A stretch of DNA of 64,000 bases. It comes from Elusimicrobiota bacterium. Lineage in GTDB: Bacteria > Elusimicrobiota > Elusimicrobia > UBA1565 > UBA9628. The notes beneath the pieces are model-generated. The model searched no databases, was not told where the DNA came from, and saw only the letters and a program-made list of their open reading frames with translations. The translations under genes were made by a program, and so were the position numbers. Of the stretch, positions 1 to 7,526 are shown one piece after another. Each line of letters opens with the position of its first letter. The first letter of the stretch is position 1. The DNA lies in NCBI GenBank assembly GCA_016212795.1, contig JACRDT010000015.1, forward strand, positions 132,770 through 196,769. The letters run 5' to 3'.

Positions 1-819
1 GATGCTCAGGGACTCGCTGCCGAGCCTCGCGCCCAGGCGCATCTTCTCGCGCATCGCCGGCAGCGTCTCGACGATGTCCGCCTCCGAGAAGTGCCCGAAG
101 GCCTCGTGGGCGAACACGCCGGCCAGGTTGCAGTTGAGCACGCAGTCGTGCGAGCCCCCCTGGACGGGCCGCGCCTTGAGGAGGTCGAGCGCGATCCGGG
201 TGCGCTCCTCGATGAGGGCCTCCTGGCCCCGGACGTGCTGGAAGCCCTGGCTCCCCCCGCAGGCGACCCGGACGTTCTGGGTGAGGCCGCCGTCCTTGGC
301 GATGATCTCGCCGAGCACGCGGGTGGTCACGAGCTCCTCCCGGATTTCGCCGCCCTCCGTGCTGACGAACCACTTCTCGCGCACCGTCTCGCCGTAGCCG
401 AGCGCCGTCGTGGCGACGCCCTCGTGGGCCAGGGGGATGTCGTTGTAGCGGCGCAGGAGGTCGAGCTTCTCCTCGATGGAGACGGCCCGGGGGTCCTCCT
501 TCAGCGCCGGCTTGAAGGAGTCCTTGACGGCCTCGGCGGGCGCCAGGGCGACGGGCTTCTTGACCGCGCGGCCGATGAGCCTGGCGTTGGCCAGCGCCGT
601 GGCCGCCGCCTTGCGGCCGTCGGCCTCCTTGGTGAACACCACGGAAGCCATGCCCCCGCCCGCCAGCACGCGGACGACGAACCCGTCCGTGGCGTTGGAG
701 CCGACGGTGGTCAGCTCCCTGCCGGCGAAGGCCAGCGAGGTCGCCGTCTTGACCTCGTAGCGCGCGTCGGCGTAGTCGGCGTCCAAGCCGGCCAGCAAGC
801 CCTTCAGCTTGTCGAACAT
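1..819 (-). CDS. tldD: TldD/PmbA-family metalloprotease, N-terminal 273 codons (3' end lies beyond window start)
   Basis: Own translation of the minus strand from ATG at 819: MFDKLKGLLAGLDADYADARYEV...NLAGVFAHEAFGHFSEADIV (HExxGH-type motif as in TldD). Absent from the ORF track because there is no stop in the window. The + ORF 91..873 is its antisense shadow. Confidence 0.8.
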   Translation of the reverse strand, partial: MFDKLKGLLAGLDADYADARYEVKTATSLAFAGRELTTVGSNATDGFVVRVLAGGGMASVVFTKEADGRKAAATALANARLIGRAVKKPVALAPAEAVKDSFKPALKEDPRAVSIEEKLDLLRRYNDIPLAHEGVATTALGYGETVREKWFVSTEGGEIREELVTTRVLGEIIAKDGGLTQNVRVACGGSQGFQHVRGQEALIEERTRIALDLLKARPVQGGSHDCVLNCNLAGVFAHEAFGHFSEADIVETLPAMREKMRLGARLGSESLSI

Positions 820-870
820 GGTCCCCTCCAGGGCGGCTGCCGCCATGATACAAAGTACGGGCTCCATTTG

Positions 871-879
871 TGATAGACT
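871..879 (+). promoter_or_regulatory. extended -10-like box TGATAGACT for the DUF4342 gene (leadered, with SD)
   Basis: TGnTAGACT lies 33 nt upstream of ATG 913. AGGAGG at 900..905 is 7 nt before the ATG. Confidence 0.4.
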
Positions 880-912
880 CTCAAGGCGGGATCCTATCCA
901 GGAGGCGCTGAC

Positions 913-1164
913 ATGGCCAAGAAGACGCTGAAGGCGGACATCAAGGTGAAGGGCGTGGACCTTCTCAGGAAGGTCAAAGAGCTCATCCATGAGGGCAACG
1001 TCAGGAAGATCATCATCAAGGACGGCGACGGCAAGGTCTTCGTGGAGATCCCCCTCAACGTGGGCGTGGTGGGCGCGTTCCTGCTGCCCGTCTGGGCCGC
1101 CGTGGGCGCGCTGGCGGCGATGGCCTCGGATTTCTCCATCCAGGTCATCCGCAAGGACGACTAA
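913..1164 (+). CDS. DUF4342-like small protein
   Basis: 83 aa. VKGVDLLRKVKELIHEGNVRKIIIKDGDGKVFVEIPLNVGVVGAFLLPVWAAVGALAAM matches my memory of the DUF4342 pattern. Strong SD. Confidence 0.75.
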   Translation: MAKKTLKADIKVKGVDLLRKVKELIHEGNVRKIIIKDGDGKVFVEIPLNVGVVGAFLLPVWAAVGALAAMASDFSIQVIRKDD

Positions 1165-1204
1165 CCCTCGGTCCTCGCCGGTCCAGCCTTCGCACGGAGC
1201 GACC

Positions 1205-2368
1205 ATGAAGCGACCGCGTCCGTTCGCCGTCCTCGCCGCCGTCCTCCTCGCCGGCCCCCTGCCGCTGGCCGCCCTGCCGCTGGGGGTCAGCCTGCCGATG
1301 AGCCGCGACCCGTCCGAGCCCCTGGAGCGGCGCCTCGACGAGCTCAAGGCCCTGGGGTTCGCCTCCGTGACCTTCATCCCGAACTTCGCCTACCCGGGCC
1401 TCGACAAGGTGGACGCCGCGGAGGCCCCGGACTGGGACGAGGTCGGCCGGGCCCTCGCCTACGCCCTGAGGATCGGCCTGCAGGCCGTGGTCAAGCCCCA
1501 TCTCGAGCCCCCCATGTACACCGCGGGGTTCGACTCCTTCAGGTCCGAGAGCCACTCCTGGCGGACGCGCTGCCCGTGGCGGGGGTACTTCGACGTGGAC
1601 CCCATGTCCAAGGACTACCGGCGCAAGGTGGTCCTCCCCGGCCTGGCCGCCCTGGCCGACGCGCTCGCCGGGGTCCCGGCGGGCCACGGCCCGGTCCGCT
1701 TCGAGCTGGGGACCGAGCTCATGAACTCCACCGTCTACCACCCGCAGCGCTGGGTCGAGCTCCTGGCCGTGGCCCGGCTGGAGGTCGCGGGCCTCGGCCT
1801 CAAGGGCCGCGTCGTCCTCTCCCACGACTTCAGCCACCACATCGAGATCGCCGAGGACTTCGTCCTGCGCATGGACCCCGCCGGCCGCCGCGCCCTGGCC
1901 CGGTATATCAAGGGGCTCGACGCCGTCGCCCTCTCCCAGTACATGGACCTGACCGCGGCCGTCCCCGCCTCGCAGCGTGACAAGCGGCTGCCGACGCCCG
2001 CCGAGATCGCCCGCGCCCTGGTCATCCACGAGGCCGACTTCCGCCAGGACATCCTCGTCGGCCTGCTGGGGCTCAAGCCCTCCGAGATCCCGGAGCTGCA
2101 CATCGGGGAGTTCGGCGTGGGCCGGGGCGGCCTGCGCCACCCCAACCTCTGGGAAGGCCCCGCGACCCCGGACGAGGACAGGGCCCTGCGTCACGAGATC
2201 GCCCTGGGGCACCGGGGCCTCATCGAGTACCTGAGGCTCAAGGAGGGCCGGACGGCCCGGAGCGCGACGCTCTGGGTCACGGGGAGGTATTTCGACGTGT
2301 TCGGCTGGATGGAGCCGGGCTTCGCCGTGCCCGAGGCCGCCGACGCCATCAAGGAGGGGCTCCGGTAA
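1205..2368 (+). CDS. secreted clan GH-A (TIM-barrel) glycoside hydrolase-like protein
   Basis: Internal ATG of ORF 989..2368 is followed by signal peptide MKRPRPFAVLAAVLLAGPLPLAA. Candidate acid/base motif FELGTELMNS and nucleophile motif LHIGEFGVG. Confidence 0.6.
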   Translation: MKRPRPFAVLAAVLLAGPLPLAALPLGVSLPMSRDPSEPLERRLDELKALGFASVTFIPNFAYPGLDKVDAAEAPDWDEVGRALAYALRIGLQAVVKPHLEPPMYTAGFDSFRSESHSWRTRCPWRGYFDVDPMSKDYRRKVVLPGLAALADALAGVPAGHGPVRFELGTELMNSTVYHPQRWVELLAVARLEVAGLGLKGRVVLSHDFSHHIEIAEDFVLRMDPAGRRALARYIKGLDAVALSQYMDLTAAVPASQRDKRLPTPAEIARALVIHEADFRQDILVGLLGLKPSEIPELHIGEFGVGRGGLRHPNLWEGPATPDEDRALRHEIALGHRGLIEYLRLKEGRTARSATLWVTGRYFDVFGWMEPGFAVPEAADAIKEGLR

Positions 2369-3721
2369 ATGGACCTCGACCGCCCGATCCCGCTGGCCTC
2401 CCGCCTGGTCAGGAAAGCCTGGGGCAGCGAGGCCTGGCTCAACGCCGCCCACCCCGGGGGGATGGCCGCCATCAGGGGCGGGCCCGGCGAGGCCGGAGGA
2501 CCGGCGACTCTCGCGGAGTTGGTGCGGCGCCACCCGCAGGTGCTGGGGCCGTGGTCCCGCGCGCTGTTCGGCGACAGGGCGCCGGTCTTCGCCAAGCTCA
2601 TCACGACCGACTTCCCTCCCCTGGCCCACATCGGCTTCCGCCGGCGAGTCGCCCCCGGGGCCTTCCTGCGGCGGCTCTTCATGGAGCACGCCTTGATGCG
2701 CAGCCTGTTCGGGATGCTGGCCGTGAGGGACGCCGCCCGGTTCGCCGGCTTCCAGCGCGCCTACCACGACTGGGCCGCGCTCCAATCCATCGGCGGCTGG
2801 CGGCAGGACATCACCGAAGACCTCGAGCGCGCCCTGCGCCGGTTCCTGAAGCCGGGGCAGGAGGCGTCGCTCGCCTCCCTGCTCAGGTCCGTCCGGCAGA
2901 ACAGGGCGCTCATCGCGGCGGACCTCAACGAGGTCGACCTGCGCGAGCAGGCCGGCCGCCTCATCCTCCTCAGGGGCGGCGTCATCCACTCCCTGTTCGG
3001 GCTCTCGCACCAGGTCCACCCGAGGGACCACGCCCAAGCCGCGCTCCAGGAGTTGATCACCGAGATCCGGGCCCGGGCGTCCCGCGGGGCCCCCGGCGCG
3101 CTGCTGGAGAGCGCGGCCCGCCGGGCGCACCGGTGGAGGCCCGAGGACCCCGCCCCCAAGAGCGAGGCGTGGCTGCCCCTCGACGAGCGCGGCGGCCTGA
3201 CCCTGGCGGAGGTCCAACAGGCGGCCGACACGACCCACAGCCTCTGCGACTTCTTCACCCCCTTCGTCTGGAAGGGCCGGCTGGCCTTCCGGAAGGGCGA
3301 CCCAACAACGGGCCTGAACAACGACGACCTCTCGTCCTTCGCGGCCGGAGTCGAGTTCTCCCCGCACCGGCCCGCCGACTACCTTTGCCAGCCGGCGACG
3401 CAGCGATGCCGGGGAGGCCGGCTGACGCGGCTGCTCGACGCTCCCGGGAAGTGGCCGTTCTTCAGCATCTACCGCCTGGACCTCGATGGGACGAGCCGGG
3501 CGGAGGCGGTCTGGCGGGCGGACAGGCCGAAGGCGGCCTTCCGGCACATCGTGGCCCTCGGAGGCTCCGTCGCCGTGCGGACGCCAGGCCGCCGGGCCGT
3601 GGCCCGGCCGCTCGAGCCCGTCTTCGTCCCGGCGACCCTGTCCACGGGCTACGAGCTGGCCTCGCGGGGCGAAGCGAGCGTCCTCATCATCGCCGTCCCG
3701 GGCCCGCGGCCCGGCCCTTGA
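2369..3721 (+). CDS. divergent class I mannose-6-phosphate isomerase-like (cupin) protein
   Basis: ATG directly follows upstream TAA. RKAWGSEAW, PVFAKLITTDFPPLAHIGF and LAEVQQAADTTHSLCDF resemble the PMI motifs (kpWG, fK.l.a...LSiQVHP, EiQq.SD.TyR.yD), but with substitutions. Confidence 0.45.
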   Translation: MDLDRPIPLASRLVRKAWGSEAWLNAAHPGGMAAIRGGPGEAGGPATLAELVRRHPQVLGPWSRALFGDRAPVFAKLITTDFPPLAHIGFRRRVAPGAFLRRLFMEHALMRSLFGMLAVRDAARFAGFQRAYHDWAALQSIGGWRQDITEDLERALRRFLKPGQEASLASLLRSVRQNRALIAADLNEVDLREQAGRLILLRGGVIHSLFGLSHQVHPRDHAQAALQELITEIRARASRGAPGALLESAARRAHRWRPEDPAPKSEAWLPLDERGGLTLAEVQQAADTTHSLCDFFTPFVWKGRLAFRKGDPTTGLNNDDLSSFAAGVEFSPHRPADYLCQPATQRCRGGRLTRLLDAPGKWPFFSIYRLDLDGTSRAEAVWRADRPKAAFRHIVALGGSVAVRTPGRRAVARPLEPVFVPATLSTGYELASRGEASVLIIAVPGPRPGP

Positions 3722-4923
3722 ACCGTCTCAAGGTCGGCGTCGACCTGGGCGGCAGCTCGGTCCGGGTCGGCTTCGTCCGCGCCCCCCTCCCGGCCGGCCG
3801 CGTCGCCCTGGCCTGCGTTGAGTTCCACCGCATGAGCGTCGGCCGGGGGTCCGACTGCGGCGTCGTCGTCCGGCGAGCGGCGCGCCGCATCCTGGAGAGG
3901 ACGGCGGCGCTCGAGGCGAGAGGCTGGCGCGTGGACAGGCGGCCGGGCATCGGGGCGCCGGGAGCCTACCGCCAAGACGGCAGCGTCCACCCCGGCACGG
4001 TCCCGAACCTGCCGGGGCTCGAGCGCGGGAAGCTCCACAGGCTCTTCCAACGGCATCTGGGCCCTGCGTGGCGCGTCCCCCCGCGCAGCGTGAACAACGA
4101 CGGCGTGGTCCAAGGCCTGCTCATGGCCGACCGATACGCGGCGGGCTCGGGCCTGCGCCGGGGCACGGTCGTCGCGATCATCCCCGGGACGGGCCTCGGC
4201 GCCGGCGTCTACCGGATCCTGGACGGCAAGGCCAGCGCCGTGCCGGGCCCCCAGCAGCTCTTCGACGTGGTCGTGCGGCCCGCGGAGCCGGGCGAGTGCG
4301 CCGTCCTGGCCGGGAGCGCCGGGCCGGTCGGGGCCAAGGCGCGGGGCGGCGAGCCCCTCATCGCCGAAGGCCTCCTCACGGGGATGTCGCTGCGCCTGCG
4401 CGCCAGCCGCCTCCTCGGGCGACCCGTGAGGGGAGAGACCCTCTCCCGCCTGGCGCTGGCCGGCCGCGCCGGGGGACCCCATACGGCCTTCGGCCCCCAC
4501 CCCCGGCACGGCCGGAATCGGAACCCCGCCGGCCGCGCCGGGGGACCCCATACGGCCTTCGGCCCCCACCCCCGGCACGGCCGGAATCGGAACCCCGCCG
4601 GTCGCGGCCCGGGAGCCGCGGCGGCGGCGCGGCTCTTCGAGCAGGTCGGGCGCGACCTCGGGCGCTTCATCGCGCTCGTCCACCGAGGCCGCCTGGAAAA
4701 GCGGGCCGTACCGTTCGCGCCGGCGACGAAGGGCGCCGCGGTCTTCCTCCTCGGCGGGCGCTGGATGCTCGAGGGCGCGGGGCTGGCCATCTCCCTGCCG
4801 GCGGCGCGCCGCGAGCTGCGCTCCCAAGGCCTGGCCGCCATCCGGCTGGTCACCCTGGCCGAGATCCCGGGCTTGGCCGGGGCCTCCGAGGTCATGGGCG
4901 TCCTCGGGGCATCCCTCCTATAG
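3718..4923 (+). CDS. ROK-family sugar kinase carrying an in-frame 2x69-bp repeat insertion
   Basis: Motifs LKVGVDLGGS, GAPGAY, NNDG, PGTGLGAG. No ATG near the N-terminus; TTG 3718 overlaps the upstream TGA (cTTGAa). The start is inferred. Confidence 0.7.
   Translation: MNRLKVGVDLGGSSVRVGFVRAPLPAGRVALACVEFHRMSVGRGSDCGVVVRRAARRILERTAALEARGWRVDRRPGIGAPGAYRQDGSVHPGTVPNLPGLERGKLHRLFQRHLGPAWRVPPRSVNNDGVVQGLLMADRYAAGSGLRRGTVVAIIPGTGLGAGVYRILDGKASAVPGPQQLFDVVVRPAEPGECAVLAGSAGPVGAKARGGEPLIAEGLLTGMSLRLRASRLLGRPVRGETLSRLALAGRAGGPHTAFGPHPRHGRNRNPAGRAGGPHTAFGPHPRHGRNRNPAGRGPGAAAAARLFEQVGRDLGRFIALVHRGRLEKRAVPFAPATKGAAVFLLGGRWMLEGAGLAISLPAARRELRSQGLAAIRLVTLAEIPGLAGASEVMGVLGASLL
4462..4599 (+). repeat. GC-rich hairpin element, two identical tandem 69-bp units (4462..4530, 4531..4599); 50-bp cores at 4465..4514 and 4534..4583
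   Basis: Units are identical base for base on manual comparison. Core is CGCGCCGGGGGACCCC...CTTCG...CCCCCGGCACGGCCG, with outer stem GCCGGGGG/CCCCCGGC and inner GGCC-TTC-GGCC. Confidence 0.9.
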
Positions 4924-4954
4924 GCCCAAGGGCCCTGGCGGCCCCCGCCAAGAC

Positions 4955-4963
4955 TGATATAAT
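4955..4963 (+). promoter_or_regulatory. extended -10 TGATATAAT, 7 nt upstream of ATG 4971 (leaderless-type geometry)
   Basis: TGnTATAAT ends at 4963; ATG at 4971. The alternative ATG at 4962 lies inside the -10 box. Confidence 0.5.
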
Positions 4964-4970
4964 GACGGCG

Positions 4971-6041
4971 ATGATTGCCGCCTCGATGGCGCGCCGCGCC
5001 CTGCTGGCCGCGAGCCTGGCCGGTCTTTCCCTCACGGCCCGGGCGTTCGACGACGGCCTCGGCATCCCCCTGCCGGACAAGCCCCGCCTGACCGCCCCCT
5101 CGGCGCCGATGCCTTCCGCGCCGTTCGTCGCCGGCGTGAACTACCCCTGGCTCAACTACGGCTGGGACTTCGGCCGCAACGCCTGGGGGCACCGCGGGAT
5201 GTCCGCGCCCGAGAGCCGCGCCAAGGTCTCGGCGGATTTCGCCTTCCTCAAGAGCAAGGGCGTCAAGGTGGTCAGGGTGTTCCTCCTCTGCGACGGCAGG
5301 GCTTCGCCCGAGTTCGACGAGCGCGGCCGCGTCACCGGGTTCGACGACATGTTCTACCCCGACGTCGACGCGCTGCTGGCCGTCGCCCGGGAGAACGACC
5401 TCCGCCTCGTCCTGGTCATCCTCAACTTCGAGCTGCTCAACAAGGCGGCCTGGAGCGGCGGCGTGCAGTTGGGCGGCCGCGCGGCCGTCGTGGCGGACCC
5501 CGCGGTGGCCGAGTCGTTCTTCCAGAACGCCCTCGGGCCGCTCCTCGACAGGTACGGCGGCGACCCCGCCATCCTGGCCTGGGAGGTCATGAACGAGCCC
5601 GAGATGCGCACCGGCAGGCAGGGGATCGTGATCAGGTCCTACAAGGCGGTCGAGCCCGCCTCCATGCAGGCGTTCGCCGGGCGGGTGGCGGCCGAGGTCC
5701 ACGCGAGGACCGGCCACCTCGTGACCCTCGGCAGCCTAGGCCGCTCGAACGTCAGGACGTGGAAGGACGTCGGCCTCGATTTCTACCAGTACCACTACTA
5801 CGACTACCAGGAGCCGAGCCAGCCGCTCGACGTGCGCTACCGCGACCTGGGCCTGGACAAGCCCTGCGTCCTGGGGGAGTTCCCGACCAAGAGGTCCCTG
5901 CGCGGCATCGAGACCTACCTGGACACGATGCGCGACAACGGCTTCTCCGGCGCGTGGGCCTGGAGCTTGCGGGCCTCGGACGCGTACTCCGGTTTCGAAG
6001 GGGTCGCGGACCGCTTCCACGGCTGGGTCAAGTCGCACTGA
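4971..6041 (+). CDS. secreted GH5-like (clan GH-A) beta-mannanase/cellulase-type hydrolase
   Basis: Signal peptide MIAASMARRALLAASLAGLSLTARA. WEVMNEPE acid/base motif and CVLGEFP nucleophile motif. The start could also be ATG 4962. Confidence 0.7.
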   Translation: MIAASMARRALLAASLAGLSLTARAFDDGLGIPLPDKPRLTAPSAPMPSAPFVAGVNYPWLNYGWDFGRNAWGHRGMSAPESRAKVSADFAFLKSKGVKVVRVFLLCDGRASPEFDERGRVTGFDDMFYPDVDALLAVARENDLRLVLVILNFELLNKAAWSGGVQLGGRAAVVADPAVAESFFQNALGPLLDRYGGDPAILAWEVMNEPEMRTGRQGIVIRSYKAVEPASMQAFAGRVAAEVHARTGHLVTLGSLGRSNVRTWKDVGLDFYQYHYYDYQEPSQPLDVRYRDLGLDKPCVLGEFPTKRSLRGIETYLDTMRDNGFSGAWAWSLRASDAYSGFEGVADRFHGWVKSH

Positions 6042-7475
6042 GTGAGATTCTATTACTTCGACGGCCAGACGATCCGGGACCCGCTGGAGGTCTCGGAGCT
6101 CGTCCAACAGGCCGGCTTCGGCCCGGAGAGCCTCGTCTGCCCCGTCGGCTCGCAGAACACCGGCGACTGGAAAGCCGCGGTCAACTACGAGGCCCTCAGG
6201 CGCGCCCTCCTCGACGCCCCGCCCAAGGCGTCCGGCCCGGAAGCCCGCTGCCCCCTCTGCGGCCACGACAACCCCGGGGACGCCGTCTTCTGCAATCACT
6301 GCGGAGCGAGGTTGCAGGGCGGCCCGGACATCCCCCTGACAGAGCCCTGGATGCCGCCTCCGCCCGAGGCTCCTCCCGCGGCCCGCCCCGAAGGCCGCGG
6401 CCACGGCGGCGGCATGGGCCGCATCGGCGACGCCATGCCCGACCTCCCCGCTCCCGCGGCTGCCGGCGCCCTACCCGCGAGCGCCGCGGACGCTCGGCCG
6501 GACCAAGCCGACCTCGCCCGATCCAAGAAGCGCCGCGTGTGGCTCTCAGCCCTCGTCGTCGGCTGCCTGGTCCTGGCCGCGCTCGCCGCCGTCCACCTGA
6601 AGCGCAAGAAGCCCTCCCGCCGGCCGGCCGCACGGCGCGCCGCGGCGAAAAGCCTCGTGGCTCCCGCGCCGGGGGACCCCCTGCGGCCTTCAGCCGCCGC
6701 CCCCGGCACGGCCGGAGTCGGAATCTCGCCGGCCGCGGCGACGGCGGCCGGCCTGCCCGCAAGCCAAGCCGAGCCCGCGACCCGGCCCCTGGGGCTGCCG
6801 CCCCAGGCCGCGCCCCTTCCGCCGCCGTCCAGGCGCGCCAAACCCAGGATCAAGCCCAAGCCGGCCGCGACCGACCCCGGCGAAGCCAGCCAGCCTTCCC
6901 CGCGCCCCCGGCCCAAGTTCGGCCGGAAGGCCTCGGCCGCGCCCCGGCCCGCCAACACCTTACCTGAGGGCGGCCGGGACGCTCGGCCTCCGGCCTCGGC
7001 CGCGCCCCCATCCGAGGATCCGCAGGAACAGAAGGCGTTGGAGCTTCCCGGCATCCCGAAGAAGGTCAAGCGCGCTCCCGCGGCGGAGCCGGGCGCGTCC
7101 TCAGTCTCCCCCGACGCCGATCGGATCCTGATGGAGAGCGCCAAAGACCAGTTCACCTACTGCCAGCAGCTCCTCAAGGGCAGGTCCTTCGAGACGGCCT
7201 TCAGGAACTGCCTGTGCCCTGCGAGGCGCGACGGCCCCCACTTCAAAGGCAAGCTGAAGAGATTCGTCAAGGAAGCGGAGCGGGGGCCGGAGGTCGGGAG
7301 CGCTTTCCAGGTCCTGTCCACCCAGGTCCAGGAGCAGTCCGTCATCATCACGGCGCGATGGTCCCCGACCGCCAAGGAGCCCGTCGAACGCGCGGAGAAA
7401 TGGTCTTTCGAGGAGGGCCGCTGGTGCCAGGCGGGGCAGTTCTTCTTCGCGCCGGTCGACGAGCCCGGCTCGTGA
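6042..7475 (+). CDS. GYF_2-like domain + zinc-ribbon + Pro-rich linker + single TM + C-terminal domain protein
   Basis: GTG immediately after upstream TGA. N-terminus FYYFDGQTIRDPLEVSELVQQAGF...DWKAAV. CPLCGHDNPGDAVFCNHCGARL zinc ribbon. TM VWLSALVVGCLVLAALAAV. Contains repeat copy B. Confidence 0.6.
   Translation: MRFYYFDGQTIRDPLEVSELVQQAGFGPESLVCPVGSQNTGDWKAAVNYEALRRALLDAPPKASGPEARCPLCGHDNPGDAVFCNHCGARLQGGPDIPLTEPWMPPPPEAPPAARPEGRGHGGGMGRIGDAMPDLPAPAAAGALPASAADARPDQADLARSKKRRVWLSALVVGCLVLAALAAVHLKRKKPSRRPAARRAAAKSLVAPAPGDPLRPSAAAPGTAGVGISPAAATAAGLPASQAEPATRPLGLPPQAAPLPPPSRRAKPRIKPKPAATDPGEASQPSPRPRPKFGRKASAAPRPANTLPEGGRDARPPASAAPPSEDPQEQKALELPGIPKKVKRAPAAEPGASSVSPDADRILMESAKDQFTYCQQLLKGRSFETAFRNCLCPARRDGPHFKGKLKRFVKEAERGPEVGSAFQVLSTQVQEQSVIITARWSPTAKEPVERAEKWSFEEGRWCQAGQFFFAPVDEPGS
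6665..6738 (+). repeat. GC-rich hairpin element copy B (core 6665..6714)
   Basis: CGCGCCGGGGGACCCCCTGCGGCCTTCAGCCGCCGCCCCCGGCACGGCCGGAGTCGGAATCTCGCCGGCCGCG aligns with the 4462 units, including the 3' tail. Confidence 0.85.
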
Positions 7476-7489
7476 CCCGGCGAAGAGGC

Positions 7490-7519
7490 TTGCGCCCGGG
7501 CCGGACGGCGAGCTAAACT
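7490..7519 (+). promoter_or_regulatory. TTGCGC-N18-TAAACT promoter-like motif, -10 box 7 nt from ATG 7527
   Basis: Read directly. Same TAAACT-N7-ATG geometry as at 30717. Confidence 0.4.
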
Positions 7520-7526
7520 AATCCCT

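Noticed and set aside
1145-3547. 800-aa minus-strand ORF overlapping three plus-strand genes
   Set aside because: Arg/Gly/Pro/Ala/Glu-dominated composition with no motifs. It lies antisense to ORFs that have recognisable signal peptides and catalytic motifs. This is a typical high-GC shadow ORF.
2551-3717. Upstream extension of the ROK kinase ORF (ORF-track start 2551)
   Set aside because: The extension overlaps the PMI-like gene in another frame and is Arg/Pro-rich. The ROK homology begins at LKVGVDLGG, right after TTG 3718.
3987-4015. Partial resemblance (CCACCCCGGCACGGTCCCGAACC) to the hairpin element core
   Set aside because: Only the right half matches and the left arm GCCGGGGG is absent. 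It encodes a conserved part of the ROK fold (HPGTVPNLPG), so this is probably chance in GC-rich coding sequence.
4462-4599. Possibility that the 69-bp tandem repeat is a small CRISPR array
   Set aside because: The two units are directly adjacent with no spacer. They are in frame inside a kinase gene, and related copies elsewhere are solitary.
4962-4970. ATG 4962 as start of the GH5-like gene
   Set aside because: This ATG lies inside the TGATATAAT box. ATG 4971 has the same -10 spacing as other leaderless candidates and still gives a complete signal peptide. It is kept as an alternative only.
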